Origin: Nitrospirota bacterium
GTDB lineage: Bacteria > Nitrospirota > UBA9217
DNA length: 64,000 bases
NCBI GenBank assembly: GCA_963790205.1
Contig: CAWBNQ010000014.1
Span: 288,001-352,000, forward strand
Direction: 5' to 3'
Shown one piece after another: positions 30,570-40,777 of the stretch. The notes beneath the pieces were generated by a model. It was not told the DNA's origin. It was given only the letters and a program-made list of their open reading frames with translations, and made no database searches. Each line of letters begins with the position of its first letter. The stretch's first letter is position 1. The translations under genes and the position numbers were made by a program.

Positions 30570-30883
30570 TCGAACATCAGTTTTTTTGTCGCTTCTGTAA
30601 ATCAGCTTCATTCGGTTTGCCGATCTTCCTAATAAGAGATAGTATGTTCCTCACAGGCTTCATAGAGCACTTCCCTTCCTTCGACGCAAAACTTTGCCTT
30701 TAATGAGTCCGGGGGGGGGTCATAGATCCCGGCATGGAGCACCTCGCTGTTCCTCGATCTGATTCCCATTCCATGGGATTCATTCTTTTCCAAGATATAG
30801 ATGTTCAACTTCCCATCGGCCAGCTCCGAAGCAATTGCCAGACCGATCACGCCAGCTCCTATTATGACAACATCCGAGTCCAA
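30570..30883 (-). pseudogene. Truncated/frameshifted FAD-dependent oxidoreductase (L-2-hydroxyglutarate oxidase LhgO-like)
   Basis: DVVIIGAGVIGLAIA, SRNSEVLHAGIY, SLKAKFCVEG. Stop after 84 aa; RKIGK continues in the +1 frame and the rest of the gene is absent. Confidence 0.85.
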
Positions 30884-30966
30884 TCATGCCTCCTTAACGT
30901 TTTTCCCTTTTACCCTGCTCATGCACAAAGACAACAGCTTCACAGTAAAACCTTCGCCTTCAGTCG

Positions 30967-32184
30967 TCAGCATTCGGCGACTGATCGCTTAAGTCTGAAA
31001 GCTTCGTCCTGGCCGTTGAGAAACCTGCAGATCTTCTCCCTATCCTTCTTCGAAAGGAGCTGGTGAGTAGGCAGGGTGAGTAGGCACTCGGCGATCTCTT
31101 TTGCAAAGGGGAACACCGTTCCGTTGAACTGGTCCCGGATCTCCTTGATCTCGTTTATTGGCGTGGGGTACATACGACTTATGCCGAGGCCTTTTCCCTG
31201 CGAAAGGGAGAAGACCCTCTCTTTTATCTTCCTGTTTTTAACTGCCAGGGGAAGCCTGAGAACAGGAAGGGGGCCGCCAGGGGCCGGCGGCAACCTCAGG
31301 TTGTCATTGAACCAGGCTGCATTTTTTTTCCGTATTTCGTTTGCCGGTTCGAGCCGTTTCCGGAAGTCCCGCAAAAGGCCTGCGTGCATTCCGGAAAGTT
31401 TCTTCATGGGGAATTCCGTATAAAATATGGTTTCTCCTAAATTAAGAAAAGGCAGTCCCGCGGGAAGCCAGTAGAGCGAAGGGCGGATAAAAATAGTAAG
31501 GAGCACAACCTTGACGAATTCCCTGATTACCTCTGCAACGCCGAAGTCTTCCAAAAGAGAATATTCCTTCTCAATCGCATGCGCGATAACATCAGAGTCC
31601 GTGACGATGAGCCCGCCAGACCCGCACGTGATGTTCTTTCCTCTCCCCAGGCTGAAGAATCCGACATCACCTATGGTTCCGAGTCTTTTACTTTTTCCCG
31701 CACCTCCCATTGCCTGAGCTGCGTCTTCAACCACGAAAATATTTTTACCTCTGCAGACATTTCTTACTTTTTCGATGTCCGATGGAATGCCGAAAAGGTG
31801 GTCAGGAATGACACAAAGCATATCGGCGTTAACGGCATCCTCAAGATGTTTGCCGTCGAAATCAAATGTGAAGGGATCGATATCGCAGAGTGAGACCTTT
31901 AGTCCTGCTTTTACGATCGCTGAGGGCACTGAAAAACAGGTGTAGGCCGGAATGAGCACCCGGGTCTTGTCCGGAGATAAGGACTTCAATGCCTTGAGGA
32001 TGATGGTCAATGCGGCCTTCCCGGAGGACACGAAAAAGACGTGTCTGACGCCGAAGTAAGCCGTGAGCTCATGTTCGAGCCGTTTCATGTATTTTTCACG
32101 CATAATAATTCCGGCTAAGCCGTGCACGAGGCTCGTCATGTCAAGGGGAGCCGCCGTGGGAGGTATGGTGCGTTGAATTTTCAT
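30967..32184 (-). CDS. DegT/DnrJ/EryC1-family aminotransferase-like protein (EPS-locus type)
   Basis: VSSGKAAL, IPAYTC, VVEDAAQA, FFSLGRGKN, LLTLPTH. Confidence 0.85.
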   Translation of the reverse strand: MKIQRTIPPTAAPLDMTSLVHGLAGIIMREKYMKRLEHELTAYFGVRHVFFVSSGKAALTIILKALKSLSPDKTRVLIPAYTCFSVPSAIVKAGLKVSLCDIDPFTFDFDGKHLEDAVNADMLCVIPDHLFGIPSDIEKVRNVCRGKNIFVVEDAAQAMGGAGKSKRLGTIGDVGFFSLGRGKNITCGSGGLIVTDSDVIAHAIEKEYSLLEDFGVAEVIREFVKVVLLTIFIRPSLYWLPAGLPFLNLGETIFYTEFPMKKLSGMHAGLLRDFRKRLEPANEIRKKNAAWFNDNLRLPPAPGGPLPVLRLPLAVKNRKIKERVFSLSQGKGLGISRMYPTPINEIKEIRDQFNGTVFPFAKEIAECLLTLPTHQLLSKKDREKICRFLNGQDEAFRLKRSVAEC

Positions 32185-32188
32185 CGTG

Positions 32189-33223
32189 CTAAGGTAAGTT
32201 TTTTACGATTCTTGGACCTATCAATCTTGTCAGACCGACCGGCAGTTGCTGCCAGATTTTGATCGCCATCCGGTACTTTGGGTTCTTGGGATTGAGCTGG
32301 GGCACATGCCCCCCATTTCTCATCCAGTAATGCCAGTACAGTTGAACAGGTTTTGCACCCCACTGCTCTTTGTATCGATACGTCCCTTCTCCGGGGGTAG
32401 ACCTACCGAAATCGAAAAAACGGTAACCCCTTTCGCATGCAAATTCAAGCGCATTCCAATAAAGGAGCATGTTAGGGCCATACTGATTATAGCTCCTTAA
32501 CGATGAAGCCCAGGGAATCTCCAGGATATCTTTAAACCCTACAAGAAAACCGGATGCCGCGGGATCTCCCCTCTTCGTGTATATGGTGCATATCCATGTC
32601 GTTTCAGGAAATTCCTTCAGGATGTTTCTGAAAAATTCCTTGGAATATACCGGCGTTCCCAGGTCCCTCATATTGACTGAAAAGACAGCATAGAAGCTGT
32701 CCAGTTCTTCTTCCCTGCCGAGCCTTGAATACATCTCTTCCTTTGCGGGTCTTCTTATCTGACTTCGTAATTTTGAAGAAAAAGATTTCCAGAGATCCTT
32801 TGCATGGTGAGGAAGCGCTAATCTCATGGCGACCTTCCCCGTCTTTACCGCGAGGCCGTTACTCGCCTGTTGCGTATGCCTCAACTCGATATGTTCTGCA
32901 TTTTTTCCCGCCGCGATACGGATGGCTTCATTCAGCAACCGGTTGGAAATCTCTTCATTATCGGCACAGATCCCGCCGTAATTAACGTAGGGAAGGGAAA
33001 CCATAAAATTGCCGAAAAGAATACTTTGCAGATGGATAAGAGGGAGGACCCCGTTAATATCATTTTCCCCCTCATCAGCAAATAAATAATACGTCTTGTG
33101 GCCGAAACTCCTTTCAATGACATTTTTCCAGCCGGTCAAATGATAACAGGTGGAGATGCCTGAATTCGTAACGTATTCGTCCCATCGCTCTCTGTCTTCA
33201 TTTCTCAACAATTGAATAGCCAT
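32189..33223 (-). CDS. FemAB-like protein, XrtA/PEP-CTERM system associated
   Basis: SLPYVNYGG, KLRSQIRR, NMRDLGTPVY, FDFGRST, YKEQWGA, NPKNPKY. Confidence 0.9.
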   Translation of the reverse strand: MAIQLLRNEDRERWDEYVTNSGISTCYHLTGWKNVIERSFGHKTYYLFADEGENDINGVLPLIHLQSILFGNFMVSLPYVNYGGICADNEEISNRLLNEAIRIAAGKNAEHIELRHTQQASNGLAVKTGKVAMRLALPHHAKDLWKSFSSKLRSQIRRPAKEEMYSRLGREEELDSFYAVFSVNMRDLGTPVYSKEFFRNILKEFPETTWICTIYTKRGDPAASGFLVGFKDILEIPWASSLRSYNQYGPNMLLYWNALEFACERGYRFFDFGRSTPGEGTYRYKEQWGAKPVQLYWHYWMRNGGHVPQLNPKNPKYRMAIKIWQQLPVGLTRLIGPRIVKNLP

Positions 33224-33257
33224 ACTTCACCCGGACCGGCATGAGCCGTTGTAGACG

Positions 33258-34103
33258 CTATTGTTCATGAATGGACGTAGAGAGCTCTTTAAAGTTGAAT
33301 GCATTCAAGAGACTCATAAGCTTCGGCAGGGTGCTCCGGAGATTGATATAATGCCTTATCCTTGATGACAATCGCCCGTGCAGGCGCGGTTGATCGGTAT
33401 CGATCTCCCAGGGATGCAGGTAGAGGATCGCAGGTTCTTTCTCCTGTTCGTTTATCGCGGTAATGGCCCTCATGGTGAGTACGAGGGGAAACAGCCGAAA
33501 ATAACCTCCGCCGCCTATGGGTATGTTCTGACTGAAGAGTTTATAGGTTGACGGAGGGAATTCCATGATGGACCCGCTGCCGGTCGCGATGCGATGCGGA
33601 AAACGATCCGCTTCCGGAATCCCATACCGGTCATGATGGATAGGGAATATGCTCGAGTCGTAGGAGAATCCCTCTTCGATCAATATATCCAGAGCCCACA
33701 GGGTTTTTTTGACCACTGAATAGCTGGCCGCTCTGTATCCGATGACCGGAGTCCCCGTAATATCCTCAAGGATCTTTTTAGCCAAACGAGTGTCATCCCT
33801 GAACTCTTCGGGGGTGAGATTATAAATGAGTCTATGATTATAACCATGACAGGCAATTTCATGTCCTGTAGCATGGATCGCCCGGACCAGGTTCGGGAAT
33901 TGTTTTCCGACCCATCCGAGCACAAAAAAAGTCGCGGTCACGCCGTGGGCACCGAGCAGGTCGAGGATCCTGTGCGTGTTGTGTTCTACGCGGCTCTCGT
34001 ACCTGCACCAATCCTCAAACTTGATGCTGTCGGCAAATGCGGACACCATAAAGTAATCTTCCACATCGATGGACAGGAAGTTTGTGATCGGCTTTTTCGG
34101 CAT
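33258..34103 (-). CDS. Polysaccharide deacetylase (XrtA-system type, DUF3473)
   Basis: SIDVEDYF, ATFFVLGW, HEIACHGYNH, GYRAASYS, GGGGYFRL, YLHPWEID. Confidence 0.93.
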   Translation of the reverse strand: MPKKPITNFLSIDVEDYFMVSAFADSIKFEDWCRYESRVEHNTHRILDLLGAHGVTATFFVLGWVGKQFPNLVRAIHATGHEIACHGYNHRLIYNLTPEEFRDDTRLAKKILEDITGTPVIGYRAASYSVVKKTLWALDILIEEGFSYDSSIFPIHHDRYGIPEADRFPHRIATGSGSIMEFPPSTYKLFSQNIPIGGGGYFRLFPLVLTMRAITAINEQEKEPAILYLHPWEIDTDQPRLHGRLSSRIRHYINLRSTLPKLMSLLNAFNFKELSTSIHEQ

Positions 34104-34238
34104 GTGATCGCTCTTTACAGCTCTCCGTTCAGGGCGGCAGCTGATCGCGACGGTTCATGCATCCGGTCCGCCCCGCGCCGCCTTGATGCTGCTGAGCGGC
34201 TGTTCTGCATGGATCTTTTGAGCTGCGCTGAAGCGCGG

Positions 34239-35210
34239 TCAGGCGACAAGCTGGCCCGGTGCACGGTATGCCTGCTTGTACCACAGAACGGTCTGTTCGA
34301 GACCCCGCACGATATCATATTCGGGAGTGTAGCCCAGGTCCCGCATGGCATTGCCGATATCGGCACGGGACTCTTTGATGTCGCCCGGCCGCTCCGGCTT
34401 ATGGATAATGGTCGACTGTGAGCCCGCGACCTCGGTGATGATGGTTGCCAGTTCGCGGATGCTGATACTGAAGCCGCTAGCGATGTTGAAGCACCGGCCC
34501 GCGCCGTTCTCCGCCCTGAGCACCAGCAGGTTCGCCTTTACCACGTCATCGACAAAGACGAAGTCCCGTGTCTGGTCCCCGTCCCCGTCTATGGGGATCG
34601 GCTCGTTTCGTATGGCCTTGGTTATGAAGCTCGGCATGACGGCCGCGTAGCCCGAGGCCGGGTCCTGCCTGCGGCCGTAGACATTGAAATACCTCAGCCC
34701 CACGATGCTGATGTTGCGGAGATCGCAGTAGTTTTTCGCGAGCATTTCCTTCGCCGCCTTCGAGACGGCATAGGGCGAGAGGGGCTTCAGCGGCATGTCC
34801 TCCCGTTTGACCGGCTCAGGCCCGTCCCCATAGACCGCACAGGAGCTTGCGAAGACCACCCGTTTGCATCCGCTCTCCGCGGCGATGTCGAAGAGGTTCG
34901 CCGTCCCCGCGACATTCGTTTCCATGGTCTTGACCGGTTCCAGGATGCTCTTCACAACGCTCGGGATTGCCGCCTGATGTGAGATCCCGCAGATCTGATA
35001 GGACCTCATGATCGACCGCAGAAGCCCACTGTCCAGGATGCTGCCCCGGATAAAGGTGAAGTTTTCGTCATGCAGCAGGTGATCGATGTTTTCCATTCTT
35101 CCGCTGCTCAGGTCGTCCAGCACAATGACCCGATATCCCTGCGCCAATAACGCCTCGGCGATATTGCTCCCGATGAAACCGGCCCCGCCGGTCACTAATA
35201 TCGATTCCAT
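34239..35210 (-). CDS. NAD-dependent epimerase/dehydratase (WbpP/GalE-like extended SDR)
   Basis: VTGGAGFIGS, YAVSK, LRYFNVYG, GDGDQTRDF. Confidence 0.93.
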   Translation of the reverse strand: MESILVTGGAGFIGSNIAEALLAQGYRVIVLDDLSSGRMENIDHLLHDENFTFIRGSILDSGLLRSIMRSYQICGISHQAAIPSVVKSILEPVKTMETNVAGTANLFDIAAESGCKRVVFASSCAVYGDGPEPVKREDMPLKPLSPYAVSKAAKEMLAKNYCDLRNISIVGLRYFNVYGRRQDPASGYAAVMPSFITKAIRNEPIPIDGDGDQTRDFVFVDDVVKANLLVLRAENGAGRCFNIASGFSISIRELATIITEVAGSQSTIIHKPERPGDIKESRADIGNAMRDLGYTPEYDIVRGLEQTVLWYKQAYRAPGQLVA

Positions 35211-35310
35211 ACGTTCCTCCTTGATTTACACGGTTGTAAATTATTTATTTGCGGGGCTCCACGAGTGGCGATGAGAACGCCCCGGTGACACAACGCCCTT
35301 TTCCCCTTTG

Positions 35311-38300
35311 TCACGGACCCGACACCGCAAAGGTCGCGCTGATCGTATGGTTCGCCGCGACACTGCTGAAGGTGTGGGCTGTTACGGCGCCGATCGAGTT
35401 TCCGTCCACCAGGACGTCAAATACGGTGTAACCGCCATTTGGAGCGATCGTACAGTCGGAGCTTGATCCGTAATTGACCGATGTCGGCGTACAGCTGACC
35501 GTCCCGTTCGGGTCCGTATTTAAGGCCGTGATGGTGTAGGTGTTGATCGTGAAACTGGCGCTGATCGTATGCGTGGTCGTCACATTGTTGAACGTGTAGC
35601 TCGTCACCGCGCCCACCGAACCGCCGTCCACTTGGACGTCGGCAACGTGGTAGTTGGCGGCAGGCGTGATGGTAAATGTCTGGTTCGCTCCGTAGTCCAC
35701 CGATACCGCACCGGAGGGGCTGATGCCTCCGTTCGAACCAGCGCTCGCCGTGACGGTGTTGGTGTTGATCGTGAAGCTGGCACTGATCGTATGCGTGGTC
35801 GTCACATTGTTGAACGTGTAGCTCGTCACCGCGCCCACCGAGCCGCCGTCCACCTGGACGTCGGCAACGTGGTAGTTGGCGGCAGGCGTGATGGTAAATG
35901 TCTGGTTCGCTCCGTAGTCCACCGATACCGCACCGGAGGGGCTGATGCCTCCGTTCGAACCAGCGCTCGCCGTGACGGTGTTGGTGTTGATCGTGAAGCT
36001 GGCACTGATCGTATGCGTGGTCGTCACATTGTTGAACGTGTAGCTCGTCACCGCGCCCACCGAGCCGCCGTCCACCTGGACGTCGGCAACGTGGTAGTTG
36101 GCGGCAGGCGTGATGGTAAATGTCTGGTTCGCTCCGTAGTCCACCGATACCGCACCGGAGGGGCTGATGCCTCCGTTCGAACCAGCGCTCGCCGTGACGG
36201 TGTTGGTGTTGATCGTGAAGCTGGCACTGATCGTATGCGTGGTCGTCACATTGTTGAACGTGTAGCTCGTCACTGCGCCCACCGAGCCGCCGTCCACCTG
36301 GACGTCGGCAACGTGGTAGTTGGCGGCAGGCGTGATGGTAAACGACTGATTCGCTCCATAGTCCACCGATACCGCACCGGAGGGGCTGATGCCTCCGTTC
36401 GAACCAGCGCTCGCCGTGATGGTGTTGGTATTGATCGCGAAACTCGCCGTTATGGTATGATTGTCCTTTACACTTGTGAAAAGGTAGCTCGTCACGGGAC
36501 CGGCTGAAATAGTGTCCACTTGAACATCAAGAATATGGTATCCGGTATTCGCCTGAATAGTAAATGATTGATTTCCGCCATAAGGCACAAGGGTAGTGCC
36601 GGGTGTAATAGTCCCTCCCGCCGTAGGTGTTGCCGTAGCGGTAATCTGGTACATGTTATTCGAAAAGCTTACCGCTATGGTGTGGGGAGCCGTTATATTG
36701 TTGAAGGTATACGAGTTAGCCAAGCCCACCAGGGAGCCGTCGACCATCACATTCGAAACATAGTACCCGGTATTCGGGGTGAACGTGAACGTCTGGTTTG
36801 CTCCGTAGTTGACCGACACGGATCCTGAGGGGCTGATACTCCCGTTCGCGTCCGCGGACGCCGCGATGGTAAAGGTGTTGATCGCGAAACTCGCGCTGAT
36901 CGTATGAGTTGTCGTCACATTGTTGAACGTGTAGCTCGTCACCGCGCCCACCGAACCGCCGTCCACCAGAACATCGGCAACCTGGTATCCGGTAGTCGGC
37001 GTGATCGTGAACGACTGGCTCGCACCGTAATTTACGGAAGGGTTCACCGGCGAGATAGTGCCGGTACCGCTGGTGACGACGGACGTTGTGATGGTGTTGG
37101 TGTTGATCGCGAAGCTTGCTACCACTGTGCAATTACTGGTAACCGCAGCCGTCGTGTAGGAGAGACCGTCCCCTGACAGCGTCCCGCCGCACGTCCCGCT
37201 CATGACCGCATGGTAGCCCGTGGCCGGACCCAGCGTAAAGGTCGTCGTACCGTTATAGTTCACTGTCTGGGCAGTCGCCGGACTGATAGTTCCATTCCCG
37301 CCGGAGACCGACGGCGTTACCGTAAAGGTGTTGATGGCAAAGCTGGCGTTGATCGTATGGACAGCCGTCACATTGTTGAACGTGTAGCTCGTCACCGCGC
37401 CCACCGAGCTGCCGTCCACCAGAACATCGGCAACCTGGTAGTTGGCGGCAGGCATGATCGTGAACGTCTGGTTTGCGCCGTAATTCACCGGCACCGCCCC
37501 GGAGGGGCTGATGCTTCCGTTCGGACCCGCGCTTGTCGTGATGGTGTTGGTGTTGATCGCGAAACTTGCGCTGATCGTATGGTCGGCAGTTACGTTGTTG
37601 AACGTGTAGGTCGTCACGGCGCCGACCGAAGTGCCGTCTACCAGAACATCGGCAATGTGGTAACCCGTATTCGGAGCGATCGTGAAGGTCTTGTTTGCGG
37701 CGTAACTCACCGATACAGCTCCGGAGGGGGTGATGGACCCACCCGCGCCCGCAATCGACGTAATATCGAAGCTCGCAACCGCTGCGGTGGTAAAGCTCCA
37801 CGTATAGCCCGCCGGCGGGTTGAGGAAATTCCCTGCGAGATCAGAAACCCCTGACGTTATGGTGGCGGCATAAAGGGTGCTGTACGCCAGGGGCTGTGCC
37901 GGCGTGAAGATGATCAAGGCGCCGTTCGCTGCCGCGTGCCCCGGTACACCGACCCCGTTCTGATCGACAAGTTGAACTGTGGTCGGAGTAATCGAGCTGG
38001 CAAGCATCGTTTCACTGAGCAGGGCGACTACTTGTTTATAGACCGGCACATTATTTTGAGCATTAACGGGGAAGGTGGACAACACAGAGGGTTGCACGGT
38101 ATCGGTCGCCTGCGTGCCTGTGGTAAAGCTCCAGATATAGTCAGACGACATCCCGTTGCCTGCCAGGTCCGTTACCGCTCCGGGGATCGCGACGGTGTGG
38201 CTGGTTGAATATTTGAGAGGAACAAGGGGCGTAAAGATCGCCGTCGTCCCGACATATTTGAGATCGCCGTAGATGGTCGTAGTTCCTTCGGTCACGAGAA

Positions 38301-39183
38301 AATGATACGGCGTGATGGTCGCCAGGTTCATCGGTTCGCTGAAGGTGACGCTTATCGGCGTGTTTACATCGGCTGTCGAGGCATTCGAGAGTGGAAAGAC
38401 AGAGGTGATGGTCGGCCGTATGACGTCATCAGTCGAACCGGTCTTGAAACTCGACACAAAGGCGTCCGTCATCGCGTTCTCTGCCAGATCCTTCACGCCT
38501 GTCGTGACGGTGACGGTATATTGTGTGTTGTGAGAAAGACTGAATGTGGGTCTGAATGTGGCTGCTGCTGTCGCTCCGTTATACGATACAGCGCCGGGAA
38601 TGTCCCCGTTCACATTGCTGAGTTTTATCGTTGCCGGTGAGACCGTCGACGGATCCAGCGGCTCACTGAACACGATCGATATGACCGAGGAGGTACTAAC
38701 ACTTGTATTACCCTTGGCAGGCTGAATATCTACTACTCTGGGCGGGGTCGTGTCCGGCGCTGCGCCCGTCGTGAAGCTCCACACCTTGTCATCGACCATC
38801 GGATTGCCTGCCAGGTCCTTCACGCCGGCGCTCACCCATGCCGCATAAGAGGTGTTATATGCCAGATCATTGTCCGGTTTACACACGGCCGTCGTGCCGC
38901 TATAGCTCATGGTGCAGGGAACGAGAACGGTTCCTCCCCCGCTGAGCATGCCGAGCTGGAATTTTATGGTACTCTTCTCCACGGGTTCACTGAAGGTGGC
39001 GCTCAGGGCAATATTCGTTGCGACATTGCTTTCCAAATAACCCGGCGTGGTAGCTACTATCGTGGGCGGCGTCGTATCAGGAGGGCCTGCAGGCCCTTTC
39101 CTGCCGCAGCCATTGAACAGCACCAGCGCTGTCAGGACACATATCAAGGCGGGATATGCGCTATTTTTTATTTTTGGTATCAT
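35311..39183 (-). CDS. Large surface lipoprotein: four Big_5-like Ig domains plus about 11 InlB-B/Flg_new-like repeats
   Basis: Lipobox LFNGC, DTxPP...FSEP...DLAGN..WSFTT domains, then 74-aa repeats GSISPSG.VSV.YG.NQTFTITP...DV.VDG.SVGAVTSYTFNNV. Confidence 0.9.
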   Translation of the reverse strand: MIPKIKNSAYPALICVLTALVLFNGCGRKGPAGPPDTTPPTIVATTPGYLESNVATNIALSATFSEPVEKSTIKFQLGMLSGGGTVLVPCTMSYSGTTAVCKPDNDLAYNTSYAAWVSAGVKDLAGNPMVDDKVWSFTTGAAPDTTPPRVVDIQPAKGNTSVSTSSVISIVFSEPLDPSTVSPATIKLSNVNGDIPGAVSYNGATAAATFRPTFSLSHNTQYTVTVTTGVKDLAENAMTDAFVSSFKTGSTDDVIRPTITSVFPLSNASTADVNTPISVTFSEPMNLATITPYHFLVTEGTTTIYGDLKYVGTTAIFTPLVPLKYSTSHTVAIPGAVTDLAGNGMSSDYIWSFTTGTQATDTVQPSVLSTFPVNAQNNVPVYKQVVALLSETMLASSITPTTVQLVDQNGVGVPGHAAANGALIIFTPAQPLAYSTLYAATITSGVSDLAGNFLNPPAGYTWSFTTAAVASFDITSIAGAGGSITPSGAVSVSYAANKTFTIAPNTGYHIADVLVDGTSVGAVTTYTFNNVTADHTISASFAINTNTITTSAGPNGSISPSGAVPVNYGANQTFTIMPAANYQVADVLVDGSSVGAVTSYTFNNVTAVHTINASFAINTFTVTPSVSGGNGTISPATAQTVNYNGTTTFTLGPATGYHAVMSGTCGGTLSGDGLSYTTAAVTSNCTVVASFAINTNTITTSVVTSGTGTISPVNPSVNYGASQSFTITPTTGYQVADVLVDGGSVGAVTSYTFNNVTTTHTISASFAINTFTIAASADANGSISPSGSVSVNYGANQTFTFTPNTGYYVSNVMVDGSLVGLANSYTFNNITAPHTIAVSFSNNMYQITATATPTAGGTITPGTTLVPYGGNQSFTIQANTGYHILDVQVDTISAGPVTSYLFTSVKDNHTITASFAINTNTITASAGSNGGISPSGAVSVDYGANQSFTITPAANYHVADVQVDGGSVGAVTSYTFNNVTTTHTISASFTINTNTVTASAGSNGGISPSGAVSVDYGANQTFTITPAANYHVADVQVDGGSVGAVTSYTFNNVTTTHTISASFTINTNTVTASAGSNGGISPSGAVSVDYGANQTFTITPAANYHVADVQVDGGSVGAVTSYTFNNVTTTHTISASFTINTNTVTASAGSNGGISPSGAVSVDYGANQTFTITPAANYHVADVQVDGGSVGAVTSYTFNNVTTTHTISASFTINTYTITALNTDPNGTVSCTPTSVNYGSSSDCTIAPNGGYTVFDVLVDGNSIGAVTAHTFSSVAANHTISATFAVSGP
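35540..36427. repeat. Four near-identical 222 bp tandem coding repeats
   Basis: Unit starts at 35540, 35762, 35984 and 36206. Confidence 0.92.
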
Positions 39184-39207
39184 GCTTGTTACCTCGGGAG
39201 ATCGATG

Positions 39208-39341
39208 TTATATCGGTCTCGCCCCGGGCGGCGTATCAGGCGGGGTCAGCGGCCCTTTTCTGCCGGGGTCGTTATCAGAACGGCCAAAACCGGCAAGAAG
39301 ACCAGCAATCTATATAACCTTGTGTGCTGCCCGAGAAACAT
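39208..39341 (-). pseudogene. Degenerate copy of the 5' end of the downstream lipoprotein gene
   Basis: MFLGQHTRLYRLLVFLPVLAVLIT, then after a frameshift GRKGPLTPPDTPP; compare GCGRKGPAGPPDTTPP in the lipoprotein. The lipobox Cys is lost. Confidence 0.6.
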
Positions 39342-39359
39342 GTTCTGCGAGCTTTAAGG

Positions 39360-40613
39360 CTAGAATTTATTGGTGAATTCTATCATGATCCTGTTATTCT
39401 GGTAGTTGCTCGTATTATAGAGAGCAGGATCACGGACATCAGGAGAATAACTGTTCGTATACCGGTACGTAAACGCCAGGGTGCCGTTTTCCCAGCCATG
39501 ATACTCATAGCGCACTCCGGAGAGATACAGGTCCGAGTGGGTGTCGTACACATTGTCCTCCAGTCGCTGAATGGTCAGGTCGGCGAGGATATTTGATTGT
39601 TCAGTGATCGAGTGGCTTACGGTGCCGCTTAAGCTGTACGTCGATGACTCGAGGTGCTTCGTCAGGAAATTCCGGTACTCATTCAGGCTCCCGGTAATGC
39701 CGAGCGAGGTTCTTTCGACCTTTCTTGTGATGCTTGCCATGTACAGGTCTTCCCTTGTCAGGGTATGCGTGGGGTCCACGGCATTGCTCGACGTTGTCTC
39801 AAAATGGAACTTGAATTTCGGGAACTGATGCGTAAATCCAGCGTTCCAGGATATCTGGGTTGCCGTCTTCCCCGGTACACGCAGCCATATGTTCCCGATC
39901 GAGCCGAACAGGATGGAACCATCCAGGTATTCGTATCTCATTCCCGCTGAGAGCTCGTCCTGTTTGTAATCCTGGACCCGGTTCGTGTCCTGCGTGTATC
40001 GCGCGGCAACTGTCATCGTCATCTGCGATGACAGTTCACGCCCCATTTCCGCATATGTTATATTGTCGATCTTATCGATGCCGATTGGGTCCTTGTACCA
40101 GATGTTCTGGTATATGTACCCGACGTTCACTGACGTGCGGGCGCCGGGATGAAGCGTAATATAGGGGTTCGACGACAGGATATTCTGGTCCGACTGGTTC
40201 ACGAACAGGCTCTGCTTCGTGAAGTCTCTCGCAAGGTCGAGCGATACCCTGCTGTAGGTATCGCGGACCGCGAGAAAAAGGAGGTCTTTTGAGAGCCTCG
40301 TAAGGTTGGTCAGGCTCGCCTCGTGGGTTTCGTCCTGCCGGAAGGCGGCCCGTGCGTAATACCGGTAATCATAGGCGTACGAGGCGTCCCAGTCCCACAA
40401 GGGGGCCTTGTAGGTGATGCCTATGGAGGGGACGACCCTCGTGATGAAATCAAACTCTTTGTCCCGGCGCGTTAAAAAGATATTGTCATTGTACTCTTCG
40501 CTGGCGGTTATCTCGGTTTGAAGGCGGTATTCCGCGGCCGCTGGTCCCACCGGGAGCAACAGGGTGATCATGACCATTGCTGCGATGGCAAGTGATCTCG
40601 ATAGGACGCTCAA
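39360..40613 (-). CDS. Outer-membrane beta-barrel protein, PEP-CTERM/EPS system associated
   Basis: Signal peptide, SEEYNDNIFL..DFITRVVP, alternating aromatic strands, terminal Phe. Confidence 0.85.
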   Translation of the reverse strand: MSVLSRSLAIAAMVMITLLLPVGPAAAEYRLQTEITASEEYNDNIFLTRRDKEFDFITRVVPSIGITYKAPLWDWDASYAYDYRYYARAAFRQDETHEASLTNLTRLSKDLLFLAVRDTYSRVSLDLARDFTKQSLFVNQSDQNILSSNPYITLHPGARTSVNVGYIYQNIWYKDPIGIDKIDNITYAEMGRELSSQMTMTVAARYTQDTNRVQDYKQDELSAGMRYEYLDGSILFGSIGNIWLRVPGKTATQISWNAGFTHQFPKFKFHFETTSSNAVDPTHTLTREDLYMASITRKVERTSLGITGSLNEYRNFLTKHLESSTYSLSGTVSHSITEQSNILADLTIQRLEDNVYDTHSDLYLSGVRYEYHGWENGTLAFTYRYTNSYSPDVRDPALYNTSNYQNNRIMIEFTNKF

Positions 40614-40777
40614 GTCGTTTTAGATCCCCGGTGCAAGAGGTGATGGAATAGTACGGCGGACGTTCCCGGACCAGGCAGGCAATGCTCCGCCCTCTCAGTT
40701 ACATGCGGTAACCGAAGAGGTGTCTTCTCTTCATGATGATGAACTGCCGTCGGAACATGCCGCTCAGAGCCCGGTCC

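Noticed and set aside
30711..30719. Phase-variable poly-G switch
   Set aside because: The tract lies in a gene whose remaining sequence is deleted, so slippage could not restore function.
35540..36427. Possible CRISPR array, and the repetitive + strand ORF 35569..36507
   Set aside because: The 222 bp units are contiguous, in-frame and have no unique spacers; the ORF is antisense to the lipoprotein. No cas genes or repeat-spacer pattern were seen in the window.
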